Positions 45,487 through 59,764 of a DNA stretch of 64,000 bases are shown here, piece after piece. Every line of letters starts with the position of its first letter. The first letter of the stretch is position 1. Under the pieces are notes generated by a model. The model saw only the letters and a program-made list of their open reading frames with translations, did not search any database and was not told the origin of the DNA. The DNA is from Mayamaea pseudoterrestris (Eukaryota), in the NCBI GenBank assembly GCA_027923505.1, contig BROI01000009.1:434001-498000 (forward strand), read 5' to 3'. Made by a program: the position numbers and the translations under genes.

Positions 45487-48400
45487 ATGGCCGACTCCAA
45501 GCCCCTTTACCCGCATACAAAGTTTTCCCCAATGGGAACGACAGGAACCATCACGTATGAGGAGTGTCAAGTCTTCAAGAACCAACTTCGAACCAACCTT
45601 TGATCAATCGTATCCGACTTTGGTAACGGCTTGATGGGACACAGTCACCATTGCTACACTCAAGCAGAATATGACAACCTCTCACCCGGTGACCCATATG
45701 TTGCACAAGACTTCCCCGATAATGACCTTGGCCTGCCCAACAATGCGCCGGCAGCAGTCATCAAAGAAGCAACTCGCCAGCTTGCCATTCAAGTTGCACG
45801 TTTCAACCTAGACCGCAAAGTGGCTTCGTCCACCAAGGCCATGATCATGGAATGCATGCAAGAAATGTACTACGAAAGCCTCCGCAACGATGACGACGGC
45901 TACTTCGGTGTCACTGTTCTCCAGCTCTACGAACACATCATGGTGACATTTGGGCGCGTTACAAAAAAGGTACTCAGCACGAACTTGCTTGAAGCAAATG
46001 GCGCTTTCGATTTAATCGCACCAGTGGACAAATACATCAACAAGATGAATGCCTGTCGCCGCGTCGCAACGGCCGGCAACGAGCCTATCCTCGACTCACT
46101 AGCCATCCGCCTCACCGAAGCAGCCATAACAGCAACTGGCCAGTTCACCAACGAACTCAACGCACGCATGAACCGCATGGATGCGGATCTCCCAGAGATG
46201 TGGGCACAGTTTTGTGTCTGGCTCCACCGTGTCGACGAAACACGCCGCAACAACAAGACGGCGGCCAATGCGGGCTTCCATGGCCAAGCAAACCATGTCC
46301 AAGAGAAAGTCAAAGCGAGTACTGTCCAAGAGTTCTCTCCAGAAACATTAGCGGCATGCTTTGCGCTCTTTGCGCAAGCCAACGCGGCGACGGCGCTCAG
46401 CAACACAACGAACACGCATAACAATCAAGTTCCTCGCGTCAAGAAGTATTGCTGGACGCACGGCGGATGCGGGCATACAAGCCAACAGTGCACTCACCAA
46501 AAGGAAGGACATCAAGTCGCGGCCACTTGGGCGAACAAGATGAATGGCAAGGAAGGAAACCTCACCTACCGCAACAACGGCAACCGCTCCACGCAGGAAT
46601 AGGATGGAGGGACGGCATCAGCTAATAGTTCAACTAATAAACAGTGGTTAAATGAACTTGATGTCTCCTCCCCACCTATACACTGTAAAGCAATCGCCGA
46701 CACCGGATGCACCGGCCATTACATCACATCCATGCTCCCGTACTCAAACAAGCAGCCAGCTTCACCAGGAATCACCGTCACAGTCCCCAATGGCACCACC
46801 ATGCAGTCCACGCACACAGTACTCCTAGATCTACCAGGATGCTCGCCCGCTGCACGCCAGGCGCATGTTTTCCCAGACATGGCAATGTCTCTACTCTCCA
46901 TTGGCGCACTATGCGACGATGGCTGCACCGCAGAGTTCACAGCAACAACAGTCACAGTCTCCAAAGGCGACCAAATCATACTCGCAGGGACACGAGACAG
47001 TGACACAAAACTTTGGTCATGCAACATGAACCAGCACCTACCGACAAGCACAAACTATGCACTCTCCATGTATCAGCCTCACACAGTCGCTGACCGCGTG
47101 GCCTACCTCAGCGCCACCATGGGATCTCCAACAGTTTCCACCTTGTGCAAAGCGCTGGATAATGGGCATCTCACCACGTTCCCCAGTGTCACCTCCCAGC
47201 AAGTACGAGCTCATCCACCGCGATCCACAGCAAGTGCAAAAGGACACCTTGATCAGACCAGAAAAAATGTTCGCTCTACAAAAAAGCATGTCGCAAATCA
47301 CGTCATCGACACTGCAGCTGACATTGAAGCCGATATGTACCCAACTCAATCAGATCCACCAGCGCAACGCGAGCACCGCATTTGGGCAAGCGTCAAAGAA
47401 GCCACCGGAAAAGTGCATTCGGATCTCACAGGGCGTTTCATGCAAGTCTCCAGCTCAGGAAACACAAGCATGCTAGTCGTCTATGATGAAGACAGCAATG
47501 CGATTCTCGTCGAACCTTTGAAGAATAAGACAGGCGCCAGCATTGTTGCGGCGTACAAAAAGATCCATGAACTACTATGCTCTCGAGGACTCAAGCCACA
47601 GCTTTAACGCTTGGACAATGAAGCCTGCAAAGCACTCAAGGACTTTATGCGCGAGCAAGACATTGATTTTCAATTGGTTCCTCCATACAATCACCGTCGC
47701 AATGCCGCAGAGCGTGCCATTCGCACATGGACAAACCACTTTGTTGCCATCCTCTGTGGCACCGATCCAAAGTTTCCACTCCGACACTGGGACCGCCTCC
47801 TCCCGCAGGCTGTCATCACACTTAATCTGCTTCGCACATCCAGAATCAATCCAAAACTTTCAGCGTATGCCCAGCTGCATGGTGCTTTTGATTTTAATCG
47901 AACACCAATGGCACCACCAGGAACGCGAGTCATCATTCATGAGAAAGCAGATAAGCGCCAGTCCCAGTCGCCACACGGAGTTGATGGCTATTACCTTGGA
48001 CCAGCAATGGAGCACTACCGCTGCTACCGAGTCTATGCCACTGAAACAGACGCTGAACGTATTGCCGACACTCTCGCTTGGTTTCCATCCCAAGTCGTCA
48101 TGCCTACACCGTCTACCAACGACATAGTCTCCGCACTGATCAAGGACCTGCTCCATCTTCTACAAAATCCGCGACCATCCGCCCCTGTGGATCCTATAGT
48201 CTCGTCGCACACGGAAGAAATCAAACGCCTAGCAGCCATCTTTGCCTCCATGAACAACGTCGACGTCCCAGCTGACTTTATCACCCCACTCGGTACGCCC
48301 GCGGCGGACTCTCCAAGGGTGCCATCTAACCAGTCACCAATTGCTGAGCGACCAAGTGTACCCCCCGCCGAATCTCCAAGGGTGTCTGCAACACCGGCTA

Positions 48401-50550
48401 TACCATGCGAGTCTCCAAGGGTGCCACAAGAAGAACCAGACACAACAAACGTCTTTGCGCCAATGCCAGCACCAACAAAAAGTGCCATCCATCGCGCGCG
48501 ACACACAACGCCCAAGCAAGTAACGTTCAACAACGCGTTGGTTTCCACAGCATCACGCTCCATCACGTATGCGCACGCTACACGCAATGCAGACCAACGC
48601 CGGCGCCGCCAAAAAGCAGCAACAACAAAAGCTGAACTCAAACAACGCATCGCATCCGCAGAGCGTTTCAATTTTCGCAAATGCAATCCCATTCAGCCCA
48701 CTGAACGTGCCACTACCCGCTCACAGCATGGCATCTACAAACCGTCCAGCAAGCTACAAGCCAATGCCGTCCTCGACGAGCAAACTGGCAAATCCCTCGA
48801 ATACCGTCACCTCATTCAGGGTGATGAACAGGAAAAATGGAAGCGCGCCATGGCGATGGAATTAGGACGACTCTCCCAAGGATGCAAGCAGCAGCCCATT
48901 GATGGCACTGAAACACTGTTCTTCATCAGCCCCAAGGACATTCCACGCAACAAACAAGCCACCTACTGTCGCATTGTTGCCAGCATTCGCCCCAACAAAG
49001 AGGAAACATACCGCGTTCGCCTCACAGCAGGAGGAGACAGAATTGATTACCCTGGCCAAAAAAGCACTCCAGGTGCCGACATCCCCACTGTCCGCATCCT
49101 CCTCAACAGTGTCGTGTCAACTCCTGGTGCCACTTTCCACACAGTTGACATCAGCAACTTCTACCTCGGCACGCCTATGGAAGAATATGAGTACATGAAT
49201 CTCAACATCAAGGACATCCCACAATGCATCATTGACGAATATGATCTTACCTCCAAGGCAATCAATGGAAAAGTCACCGCCGAGCTCCGCAAGTCCATCC
49301 CAGGTTTGCCCCAAGCCGGTTACCTATCCTACCTCCGTTTACGCAAGCACCTTCTAGCACATGACTTCATTGAGCAATTGAACACACCAGGCCTCTTTAC
49401 CCATGCCACACGGCCACTAGCCTTCTGCCTCGTCGTAGATGATTTTGGAATCAAAACAGTTGGATTGGAACACGTTGAATATCTAACAAGCGTTCTTGAA
49501 AAGCAATACAAAATCACCATTGACCTCAAAGGTGACAAGTTCCTCGGCCTGCAATTAAAATGGGACTATGTCAACCGCACAGTTGAACTCTCCATGCCCA
49601 ATTACGTGAAGAATGCGCTGAAACGCCTACAACATCCAACACCCGCCACACCACAAGACTCTCCCTATCCATTCACGGAACCTGTCTATGGCACTAAAAA
49701 ACAAATGGCCACTGAGGATACATCCCCGGCTCTGTCACCTAAAGGCGTCAAACACTTACAGATTGCCTGCGGCCTCTTCCTTTTCTACGCGCGCGCTGTT
49801 GACAACAGAATGCTCAAGCCACTCAACGCGCTTGCCTCACGGAAACCGACTGAAGACCTCAACCAAGCTCTCAATCAGTTTTTAGACTATGCAGCCAGCC
49901 ACTCCAATGCCGTCCTGGTATTCAAAGCGAGCGGCATGTACCTTGTAACCGTCAGCGATGCCTCTTACCTATCTGAAGCCAATGCTCGATCCACATATGC
50001 CGGAATCCATTTCCTCTCCAATATGCCCACGGATCCCACCAAGCCACCGCAAGCTAATGAGCCACTCCCTGAAGAGAATGGTGCCATCCATACCAGCGCC
50101 AAAATCCTCGACGTTGTTGTCTCCTCAGCCGCTGAAGCCGAACTGGGTGGACTCTTTCACAACGCCAAGGACGCCACTGTCTTCCGCCAAGTCCTCGAAG
50201 CCTTGGGACACAAGCAACCGCCTACCCTCATCCAAGTCGATAACAGTTGTGCGGTTGGCATTGCCAACAATGCCGTCAAGAACAAACGTTCCAAAGCCAT
50301 GGACATGCGGTACTTTTGGATCAAGGATCGCGTCGCCCAAGGCCAGTTCATCGTCTACTGGCGCAAAGGCAGTGAAAACGCTGCTGACTACTTCACCAAG
50401 CATCATTCGACGGCTCACCATCGCCTCATGAGCAACAAGTATGTCAAGGACCTCCCAGGTCCTCCCTTGCAAGGGTGTGTTGATCTCTCCGAGCATCAAT
50501 CCGATTCCCAAGGAAGAACCTCAAGGCCGGCCGGCGCGCACGTTACCTAA
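45487..50550 (+). pseudogene. gag-pol of copy 2, apparently identical to copy 1 (offset 5433)
   Basis: All ORF-track translations repeat at +5433, including the same stops (45601, 46600, 47605). Confidence 0.92.
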
Positions 50551-50830
50551 GTAACAGCGCCGGCATGCCAACCTCTCTATATGTTATATGGCTAATTCCT
50601 ACAAGCCGTATCTATATCAATCCCGTTGCCTCCAGTTGGCGAGTCGGCGAGGGATGGATCTCGAGCTCCATCCGAGTCGCATGCGACATCCCCTCCAACA
50701 GCTCACAACTTGGCAATCTCGTCTTCTACGTTGCCTCCATGCCATTGACCTCTCAATACAACAGCATAACCAGCAATCTAAACAATCATTCACTACTAAC
50801 AATAGAGTACTGCGCAACTTAGCATTAGCA
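50478..50830 (+). repeat. 3' LTR (LTR3)
   Basis: TGTTGATC...ATTAGCA followed by the TSD GGATC. Confidence 0.95.
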
Positions 50831-51230
50831 GGATCACCTCGGTCGTGATCCAAAGCGACCATGACGAACTCGTCGTCTGATGCCGCCTTGAGACCCGTTT
50901 AGTCGAGACAATGCAGACTCGCAATCGTGACTATACTCTCGAGTGTTCATTTGAAAATGCCAGTGGAGATTAGCGATTCAAATTTTTTTTCGTCGCAATT
51001 CTGTCGATGCAAAAGAAAGGAATGATTGTAAAGAAAGGGATGCGCCATGCTCCATGCCTGCTACAATAATGATACATTCGTTCGACGCAAGCGCATTTTG
51101 ACTATCTTGAAAATATGTTTGCGTCGGTACCCTTTCTCTACTGGCTGTGAGGTCAAAGTTTTAGAATCTGACTTGCGCGCCAAGCTTTTCGAGATTCACA
51201 CTTTGCATTCCAACACGTACAGATCGAATT

Positions 51231-51260
<30 letters not shown>
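51231..51260. repeat. (CAG)n microsatellite, ~10 units
   Basis: gcagcagcagcagcagcagcagcagcagca. Confidence 0.9.
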
Positions 51261-51261
<1 letters not shown>

Positions 51262-54200
51262 GTTCGCATGATCACTTCGATCTTCAAAGTTTATGCACGT
51301 AACAATTTTACGGTTAAGTGGTGGCTCTCTGTCTTTCCAACGTCGAACGTCGAAGGTCGACTATACGCTATCAGTCGAGCAAGCAACAAGCACGTGGCGG
51401 CAACCGTCGTCCAGTTTAGCAAACGTTAAACAACTCGATTATAATGACGTGGGATGTGGGCAAATTTGCTTATCCCGTTCATGTCGCGTCGGATTCGACA
51501 ACGATGAGGTTAATCAATCGCCTCGCATAAGTCACATATGATCGCCAACCCCCCCATTCGCAACTCACCAGCTGCTACTTGCACCGTCGTATGCCTCACT
51601 AGCATGATATGCATGTTGCTTCTGCAAGTTCGATATCGATTGTTACCAGCTACACATTGTCAGACGAAAATTTAAGTTAGCGGCAGGTTGAAGAAGATGA
51701 CGCGTGTGCGATCCTGGCTACACTTTGCGACGATGTATGCCAATAACTCTTAAGGCGGCTATGAGTGCAGACATGATTATTTTCTCTTGGAGGCAGTCGG
51801 ACATGGACGGCAGAAGAGTCGCGTCAATCAAGTGCGTAGCAAGTGGTGCATCGTTCCAACAAGCTGGCGGTCAAGACACGTTTCCTTGTTGCTCCAATTG
51901 ACCTGTAGCTTGCAATGTAGCACGTCAACTATTAAGCCGACGATACGTTTCGCTTCGTTAATTAGTTGTCTGAACTATCAGACTTTATGCATGCAGAAAC
52001 ATGATCTCTTCTCGGCTAAAAACCGAAGAAGGTTTCATATCAACGCCCGCGTCCTCGTTGAGGGAGAGAATAGCCGCGGATGGGCTCCCTAACGGATAGC
52101 CCACTCATTGCCGCTCCGGATGTTCATGCAGACCGTCAATGGCTCGCATCGTCATAATGTTATAGACAATGCCGCGTACTCGGGACGGCGGGGCCCAAGA
52201 GCGACGCAGCGGCGCCACTGTGAATTTCATCACTTGCTGCCACTCGTACAAGTGGGGAGCGGTTTACAGAGATAGCAGGATACATATACACATTTCAATA
52301 CATCTATCTATAGACAAGTCAGCTCACGGCACATAAAAAACCCCATCTCAATGTAAAAGCTCCTGTCGCGCAAACAATCCAATCTCGCGCGCGAGCAATC
52401 ACGATCTGGTCCCACAGTGCTTGCTTTTTTGAGAAGAGACTACAGGTTTCATGACTCCGAATTAGTCAGGTCTGCAATGGAGCAGCGCTGTCGTCCAATG
52501 CTCCATCATTCCGAATGCGCTGCCTTCTTTCCGCAGTATCCGCTTTCCTCCAGTGCTTGTTACTCTTTAAATTGCACTATCCTCAGCTCCTCACCACGTA
52601 CCTGAGCAGTGAATCGTTTATATATATATATCAATTGAAGTCGGACAAGGGCCGGCACCCTGACCATGGTGCTCCGTTCCTCACAGACACTTCGATCCAT
52701 TCGTGCAGTACTATAAACGAAAAACCAATGTCACCTACAACTTGAGGTAGTAAAGGTTGCGCTCACTTCGCCCAATACTTTTGTGTCCTTTCCTAGGATG
52801 AGACGGCTCTCGCACACATGCGACGCGTGTAGGCTTCAGTTTCACCTCTGTTACTTTCTCTCATCGTTGCCACCCCCAACTCTGACAGCCACAGCTCACT
52901 CACAAGCTACTTCTATACTTTGCATTTGCATGAATCGCTTGCCACACAGCCTGAAGTATCCCCGGCATTACTCTACCCGACTGCAGATTGCCTCCTTATC
53001 GCTTGTGGCACCCTCCAGCCTGCATATAATGATACTGACGATTGCTATGTTCATGGCGTGTTGCGCGTCATGCACACTCGTTATGCTAGTCAGCTGCACT
53101 CCATCATTGGTAAAGTGCGCCCATTGCCGCCGCATCGTTGACGTTGTAAAGGAAACGTGCCCGACTTTTCGCTTCGCCGAGGAATCGAGACCGTTGCCGT
53201 TGAGTTGGAGTTGTTGGCAATTTTGCCACAAACATTATGCCTCTAACTTTTTAAATGTAAGGTTTTTACCCGCAATACCGAGCTATACCAGAACCTTTGC
53301 TTAAATGATTTCTCATACAGATAGGTCCATTTTATATGTTCAAAGCAAGGTATTCATATTCGGTACAAACCTTTTCAGCGCTCTGAGCCTCAGATCATGC
53401 GGCAAAGTTGTCAGGCATGCTCCTGCCAAGCGAACGAATCAGTAAACTGCCTTTGAATGCGCTCATCATTCCCGGCGTCGGTGCAAAAGTATTTCTGCTG
53501 CTTGGCCGGCCAACGAGCGGCATGTTACACATTCGGCCACGGCTGCCACGATCATGTAATGCTTGGAGCGCCGAGACGAGAATTTCAACCTTTGCATGTT
53601 GGTAATTTACGCTTGCAAATAACAAGAGAAGAAACTTTAGATCGCAAGCAAACGGCTGAATCAAGATTTCCAATAATGCCACATGCAGATTTAGCCAGCA
53701 TTCGCAGCATAAACCGGTCGTGCAGCTTTTTGATGGAACTCCGGCACCCTCGCATTTGAAAAATCGTGCTATGCCTTCTTAAGAAGCAGCTTCTCCAATC
53801 CAGCTGCCCCGATCGACCCGAGCATCAAACACAAAATGCCGAGTATTCTTTTGCGAATGCCGATCTATACATTCTTTAAAAAATTAATCGATTATGATAA
53901 CAGCGCCAGCTTGGACAATCATGAAAGGAATCTGAGTGGCAGATGCACGAACGCCTAATGTTGCTTTGCTTGCAGATATGCCAAATGCTGTAGATACGCT
54001 ATCATCCCAGCACTCGAAGGCAGCACCTTGCGAATTGTCGATTGTGTGTTCAAGCAAGTGCGAAAGATTTGGCTGTTCGCGGAACTCTTGGCTCGCGGCA
54101 AGCTGAGTGACAGTGCAATTCGCTCGAAACAGATGTTCACTTTCGCCAGAGGCAATCTATGCCAAAGTTAACGGGTACCGTGTGCTTTCAATGACCCGCG

Positions 54201-56551
54201 CTTTCGTTGCAGGCTGTAGAGCATTCGCGTCCAGGGATGTATGACCTTGTTTCAAGCGCCCAGCAGCCAAAGCATACGTATCTCGGCTGTATGTTTAGCT
54301 ATGACGCTTCTGTTTGAATTCATAAGCCAGTTGATGTATTCCCGAGTGTTGGTGTTGTTGTTTAATGGCAAAGGGGTATTTAAATAGTTGGCTCCAATGG
54401 CATCTGCGTATTTTCTCAGCTGAGAGGACAATATTCTCGACCTAAGCGATGAAAACCGCCAAGTTTCTGCCTCTGCTTGCGTCATTATCGGCAATGCAAA
54501 CCGCATGATTTACCTCGTCTTGTGTTATCGCTCTGCCGTTTACCGCAAGTTGATATCGTCCCTTTTGTACTCATCGGAATGATTAATGAAGGTTCGTCCG
54601 GCCTTGATCGTGGCCGTTTGGATTTGTGAGCACAGACGTTTAGCAACGCATCAGACTTTATTGATGATGCAAGCAACAAGCATCTTCAAGACACCAATAT
54701 TGCCGCTGCTATCGTTACCGCACCTCTGTGCTTTGTGCGTCCCATAACCTCATAATGCACGACACCATTGCTGCTGCTTCTCACGACATTGCGAGTGAAA
54801 TGCCACTGCTAATTTTGCGGCATCCACTGTCACTCGCGTCTGCACACAACTTTTTTCGGTGCAGCTTCTTCTCAAGACGATGGTGAATGAATGCCTAAGC
54901 TTGTGCAACTGCATTTCGTCTCCACCCGGCTCCACCGAAAGTCGCCTACGCAGGATCCTTCAGCCAATCAAGCACACTCGAGTTATTCCCTGAACGCATT
55001 CGGAATATTCCTGGTGAAGCTGCGGTAAAATCGCCGAATGTTGCCTGCCTGCCTCATACTTGTGCACAAAAAGCGCCATCATAATAAAGATGGTTGGTTG
55101 TTAGCTAGCGCGACGCATCAATAAGCGGCTCTCGATGCTATCATCCAGCGTGGCCTGAGCTTGTGAGTTCGAACCATGAAAGGCAGCGCGGTATTAGTGT
55201 TTGTCTTCCAAGACGTCGTGCTTCTCTGCCTGCCGCTACCGTAGATTTCGCCGCCGTCTCATTTTCCCGTGTAAAAATGCACTTGCCAGCAGCGTGTCAC
55301 CGACACACACTCTAGGGGCTCCAAGGGATAGCGCAATACGTGGCTTCCAAACCTTCCTCGATTCCTCCTTTTAGCGCAATATCTTTGCTTCCATCGTCGT
55401 CTGTTGCAGTGACTGTTTATGAGAGATTTGCATGGAACTCGACCAAATGTTGTGCGCCATATGTAGCTGAGACTTGGTCGGTCGACAAGTTCCAACGTCA
55501 TCGCAGTCATTCCTATGACATGGCACTGTAGATTCTAGTTGTTGTTCATGTGGGCGCAAAATTAGAAAGCTTTATGATTGACAGCAAGCGGTTTGTCGTG
55601 GCCAATGAAAGACTTCCGACTCGTCCAGAACAATCAAATTTGACGTCGCCTAGGCGTGTATCGGCGCGCTTACAAAATCAAGCACAAGGATTGATGATTT
55701 TGTAGTCTTACGCCAGCCGGTGCATTTGAAATGGAACGATCATTTGAGCTGACTTTGGCAGTACTTGTGACGTTGTATGATGAAGTTGATGTTGCCTCTT
55801 CGCTGCTAATAGTGACTGTCGATTAGTTAGGTTGATTGTCAGCGCAGTTGAGTCAGAGACCGCTCCCGAGTACTGTTGTACCGTTGATGCTTGACGCTTC
55901 GAACGTTGTCGAATCAGGCAAGCAAGATACGCGTCAATCCATGGAACAAGGTGCTGTAAAGGTGCAATCATTACCATGAGTGGCAAGGATGAGTCCGATG
56001 CTATGGCATAATGTATAATGATTGATTTTCATGCATATGTATCTATAAATCGTCTCATTGTACAAACTCAAGTATGCGATTGTCGAAGTTAGCTTTGTAT
56101 TCGCTGTAACTCCTGGCCATGGCTCGAAAAATCCGCCGCAATGAAGTTTGGATTTGTGCTTCAGACTACTGGTAAAGGCCAAACTGAGCGAAAGCCAAAC
56201 TCTGTAACGTTTTATGAATGATGCCATGTACTCGTATTCATGCGAGATCTGTGAAAGCTTTGATAATAAAATGACGGAACCACTGCCTGCCAAGCAAAAT
56301 AATGTGATCTTGCGATAAAGTAACGATTACCAGTCAGACAATCAATACCGTAACGACATGTGTTGCTCATGAGCGACGTTCAATTTGCCCTCGCTGACGG
56401 TTTGTAGTGCACGAGAGACGCTCCGGAGTGTCACGGTCACGGCGACCATGGGATCATGAGTTTCGCATCATTATTTCAACATCAAAAATAAAACATCATC
56501 ATTAATGAAGCAGTCTGCGGCCGCCTGCCAAAGCATCCATGCGTTTTAAAC

Positions 56552-57961
56552 ATGAATAGTACAACGAGTCGATATTCGACTAAAGAACGTAGTCGGAGGA
56601 TTGGTGTCTGTCTCGTAAAGCATTTGCTGCTTTTGCTGCTCGCACTTTCCTTCGCTTCTCCTCGCACCTCCGCTGCCGACGATGCTGCTGCACGGAAACC
56701 GACGCGCAAGAAGGAGTCCGACGCTGCGCTCTTTCAAGTTTCGGATCAAGTCAGAGTCATTGGCCCCACTCAATTTCCATCGCCAACTCGAACGCTCGAC
56801 TTGCGCTACAATCAAACCATTTCCATCCTTGTGAGACCCTCCTACGGAAAGCATCGACCGGAAGCGGACGCTATTTTGGCTTATGCGGAAGGATACCAAG
56901 TCGCCTACTATATCATGTTTATGGAAACTTTACAAGGGACTGGTTACAAGGGAGATGTCGTATTGGCGATTGCAAATGATTCCTACCTTCATGATGGCGT
57001 CAAGGAATACTTGCTAAAGTTCGTCATGAATCGCGACGACCACATACAACAGCACGAAGACTCCAAGCAGACTGGTACTCAATTAAATGTTATCATTTAT
57101 CAATTGGATCTGGATTGTGATGGCACGCCAGACGGTAAGCGGGCTGTCATGGATAGAAGCAAGGCGACGGATGTTTTTCAAATGTGTAGACTCGATCACA
57201 TTTACGGGTACAACGACAAGGAGACTGGCGAAATGCTTCCACTAAAGGATCCACGCGAAGGTAGAGTAGTCGCAACGCTCCGATACGAATGGTACTGGAT
57301 TTGGACGCGCCAATACTTTTCGCATTCGTGGCTCATGTTGATTGACGCCCGCGACACCTTTTTTCAGTCGAATCCCTTTGCAAATCTTCCAAGACGGTCA
57401 ACTGCCAACTCGACTGCAGACGTTATCGACGGACTGTTGTACTTTTTCGGTGAAAATGCCGACGCGACCCGCCTTGGTAAGTCACGCAAGAACGCCAATT
57501 GGTTGCGAAACGGCTATGGCGCAGGTTTACTTGATGCACTAGCAGAAAAGCCAACCATTTGCTCCGGTTCGTCAATGGGCGAACAAGTGGCTCTGGAAAC
57601 GTACTTACGAGCACTCATTAATGAACATGACGAAGGTAGTGTGCGCATGACCGGCTCCGACCAAGGATTTCACAACTACTTGTACTACTCGGGCAAGCTA
57701 CTGAATGCTGCAACCATTTCCAAATTGATCGTTTGGGAGCAAGGACGCGGCTTGATCAACAACCTTGGCGCGCTCCGAACAAATACCTTGACAAATTGGG
57801 GAGTCCGCGATCCAGACACTGATGTCGTTTATCAGTGGGACGGCGAAACTCCATCGCCCGTCGTGCACCAGTGGGATCGCGACAAGGATCTGCACAACTA
57901 CATGCTAGCCAAGCACCGCACATGGACGAAAGAGTGGGAGACAAAGCAGCTGCATCAATAG
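56552..57961 (+). CDS. Type II membrane/secretory glycosyltransferase-like protein (GT-A fold, DxxD-type motif)
   Basis: N-terminal hydrophobic anchor; RYEWYW, LIDARDTFFQSNPF, ICSGSSMG, DQGFHNYLYY and VVHQWDR motifs. Confidence 0.75.
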   Translation: MNSTTSRYSTKERSRRIGVCLVKHLLLLLLALSFASPRTSAADDAAARKPTRKKESDAALFQVSDQVRVIGPTQFPSPTRTLDLRYNQTISILVRPSYGKHRPEADAILAYAEGYQVAYYIMFMETLQGTGYKGDVVLAIANDSYLHDGVKEYLLKFVMNRDDHIQQHEDSKQTGTQLNVIIYQLDLDCDGTPDGKRAVMDRSKATDVFQMCRLDHIYGYNDKETGEMLPLKDPREGRVVATLRYEWYWIWTRQYFSHSWLMLIDARDTFFQSNPFANLPRRSTANSTADVIDGLLYFFGENADATRLGKSRKNANWLRNGYGAGLLDALAEKPTICSGSSMGEQVALETYLRALINEHDEGSVRMTGSDQGFHNYLYYSGKLLNAATISKLIVWEQGRGLINNLGALRTNTLTNWGVRDPDTDVVYQWDGETPSPVVHQWDRDKDLHNYMLAKHRTWTKEWETKQLHQ

Positions 57962-58830
57962 CTTTGCGAACTAGGCGCAGGCAAGTTGAGGAGGCGGTGC
58001 AGTAATGCGGAATATAATAGGCTTGAGCAGTCGACTTGGGAATTTCTCGTGGCCATACACAAGAATCGAAAAACAAGTTTATGGTACGTATTAAACATGG
58101 ATCCTGCTTTTTGTCAGCCTGTATTCACCAGCGACGATGTCGATGAATGCCAAATAGCACTGGGTTCTTAGCATCTAAATTCTGCTGATAGGACGCGCTT
58201 GCTCGTTGTCTTGAAACTGTCAAAGGAGACGTCGTCGATGGTTTTTAATTGTTTCACGAGGGTGATATAAATGATTGGATCTATCTGACAAATATTCCTT
58301 TAGCCTTTTCAGGCCCGACCTTTTTTTGTGTTCCGCCGATGCTTGTCGGCCGCATAGACATCCTGCGGCTGGCAAGCATTTTTGGAAAGCTGTACCAGCA
58401 GAAAAAGTGCCGACAAGCTTTACGATCATGCTGATGACGATGATGATGATGCTGTCCATGTTGATGGACAATCGGTGGTTTCACTCCTCGGTTGAATTAT
58501 TCCGCGTCCAATCGTTTACGTCGCTTCCGGTTGACACCAAAGGCCGAACGTTGCACAAGACAAGTAGAAATGCGGCCAATTTGCATGTTCATGATGACGT
58601 TCTGCGGGGTAAAAATGCACCGGCACCGACACCGACACAGTCGGCACGGCCGCGCATCACATCTACGTCCTAGATCCATTACAATAATGCTTTAACACAC
58701 CAGGCATCATAACTGTTTTTACGCCTTGTTCTCTTAGCTACAATTAAGGCTCCGTCCCAGATCCAACCGACGCAACGTTCCACATAGGCACCACAGCTCC
58801 TCGTCACTCTCAACTATTCATCATTCTGAT

Positions 58831-59764
58831 TTATACAATCTCCGGCGCATGCTTTGGCAAGCCAGTTTCGCTGCAGCACAAACTTGGATATGTATCATAG
58901 TCCGTGGTGTGTCGCATCAATTGCGTTGCTACCAAGCAGGGACACCAGCAACTGCAGCAGCAGTCTTCCGTTTCCGAACCAGGAATGGCATACTTGCGCC
59001 GAACGTATCCTCGCAAATTAAACAAGACAATCGTCAAAGCTATCATGTATAGATAGTGCCAGATGCTTCGAATATAAAAGATTGCCATGTAGGCATTTGT
59101 CGGCACTTGCGCATTTGGGGCCAACGCCAACAAGACAAGATACAAGCCAATGTAAATGGTCAAGTAAACGACAAGCGCCATGAAAATGACCTTGAAGGCA
59201 ATCTCCGTCTGGCCGACGGATCCCGGCTTGCCCCAGGCCGTCAACTTCAAACGACGAATGACCTGTCCAGCAGCCACTGCAAGGAATCGAGAGTGTGAAT
59301 GGGTGAGAGTCGTTTAAAATGATGGATGATTCATACGAGCAAATCAATACTTTCAATCCATCGACTACAATGTCATACTCACAAAGTCCGCAACAAAGAC
59401 CTGTCCACAAGTGAGGATGACAAGGCCCATGGGAAAAGCAACCAAACAAGGAGTCGCGCCAATGTCCCACTGGAATAGCAATGGTTGCCGCCGACGCCAC
59501 CATGCGCGACGGCAATGGCACTTCAAACTTTTGTCCAATTTCCACTCCACCAGGAGGAACCGTGACCATGTATCGAGCGTTTCCAACAATGGTTTCAAAC
59601 TCGTACCCTTCTGGAAGTGTCGCGGGCGCAATGACCGACAGGAGTGGCGTGTGACTCGACTGGAGTGTAGGAGCGTCTCGAGAGGGTCCGACAAGATTCA
59701 TTGACAAGTCGTCCGACTCCAAATCAAAGTCAGAGTTAGGGAGATGCGAGTAAGCCGATGACAT
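58831..59764 (-). CDS. PLAC8/Cys-rich membrane protein; exons 59764-59383 and 59276-58831
   Basis: VIAPATLPEGYEF, VPPGGV, GHWRDSLFGCF, intron 59277-59382 giving CCGLLAAGQVIRRL, RGYVRRKYAIP and EDCCCSCWCPCLVATQLMRHT. Confidence 0.88.

Larger units (their letters stand above)
39548..50830 (+). mobile_element. Ty1/copia (CoDi-type) LTR retrotransposon, tandem LTR-int-LTR-int-LTR, with 5-bp TSD GGATC
   Basis: TG...CA LTRs of 353 bp. GGATC at 39543-39547 and 50831-50835. Domain order gag-PR-IN-RT-RH. Short purine tract GCAAGGGTG before LTR2 and LTR3. Confidence 0.97.

Noticed and set aside
40494..50511. Antisense ORFs in the retrotransposon (e.g. 40494-40991, 42600-43259)
   Set aside because: Shadow frames of gag-pol with no recognisable motifs.
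52783..55300. ORFs 52783-53304 (+) and minus-strand fragments 53395-54935
   Set aside because: Fragmentary with no recognisable domain; counted only as possible decayed coding sequence.
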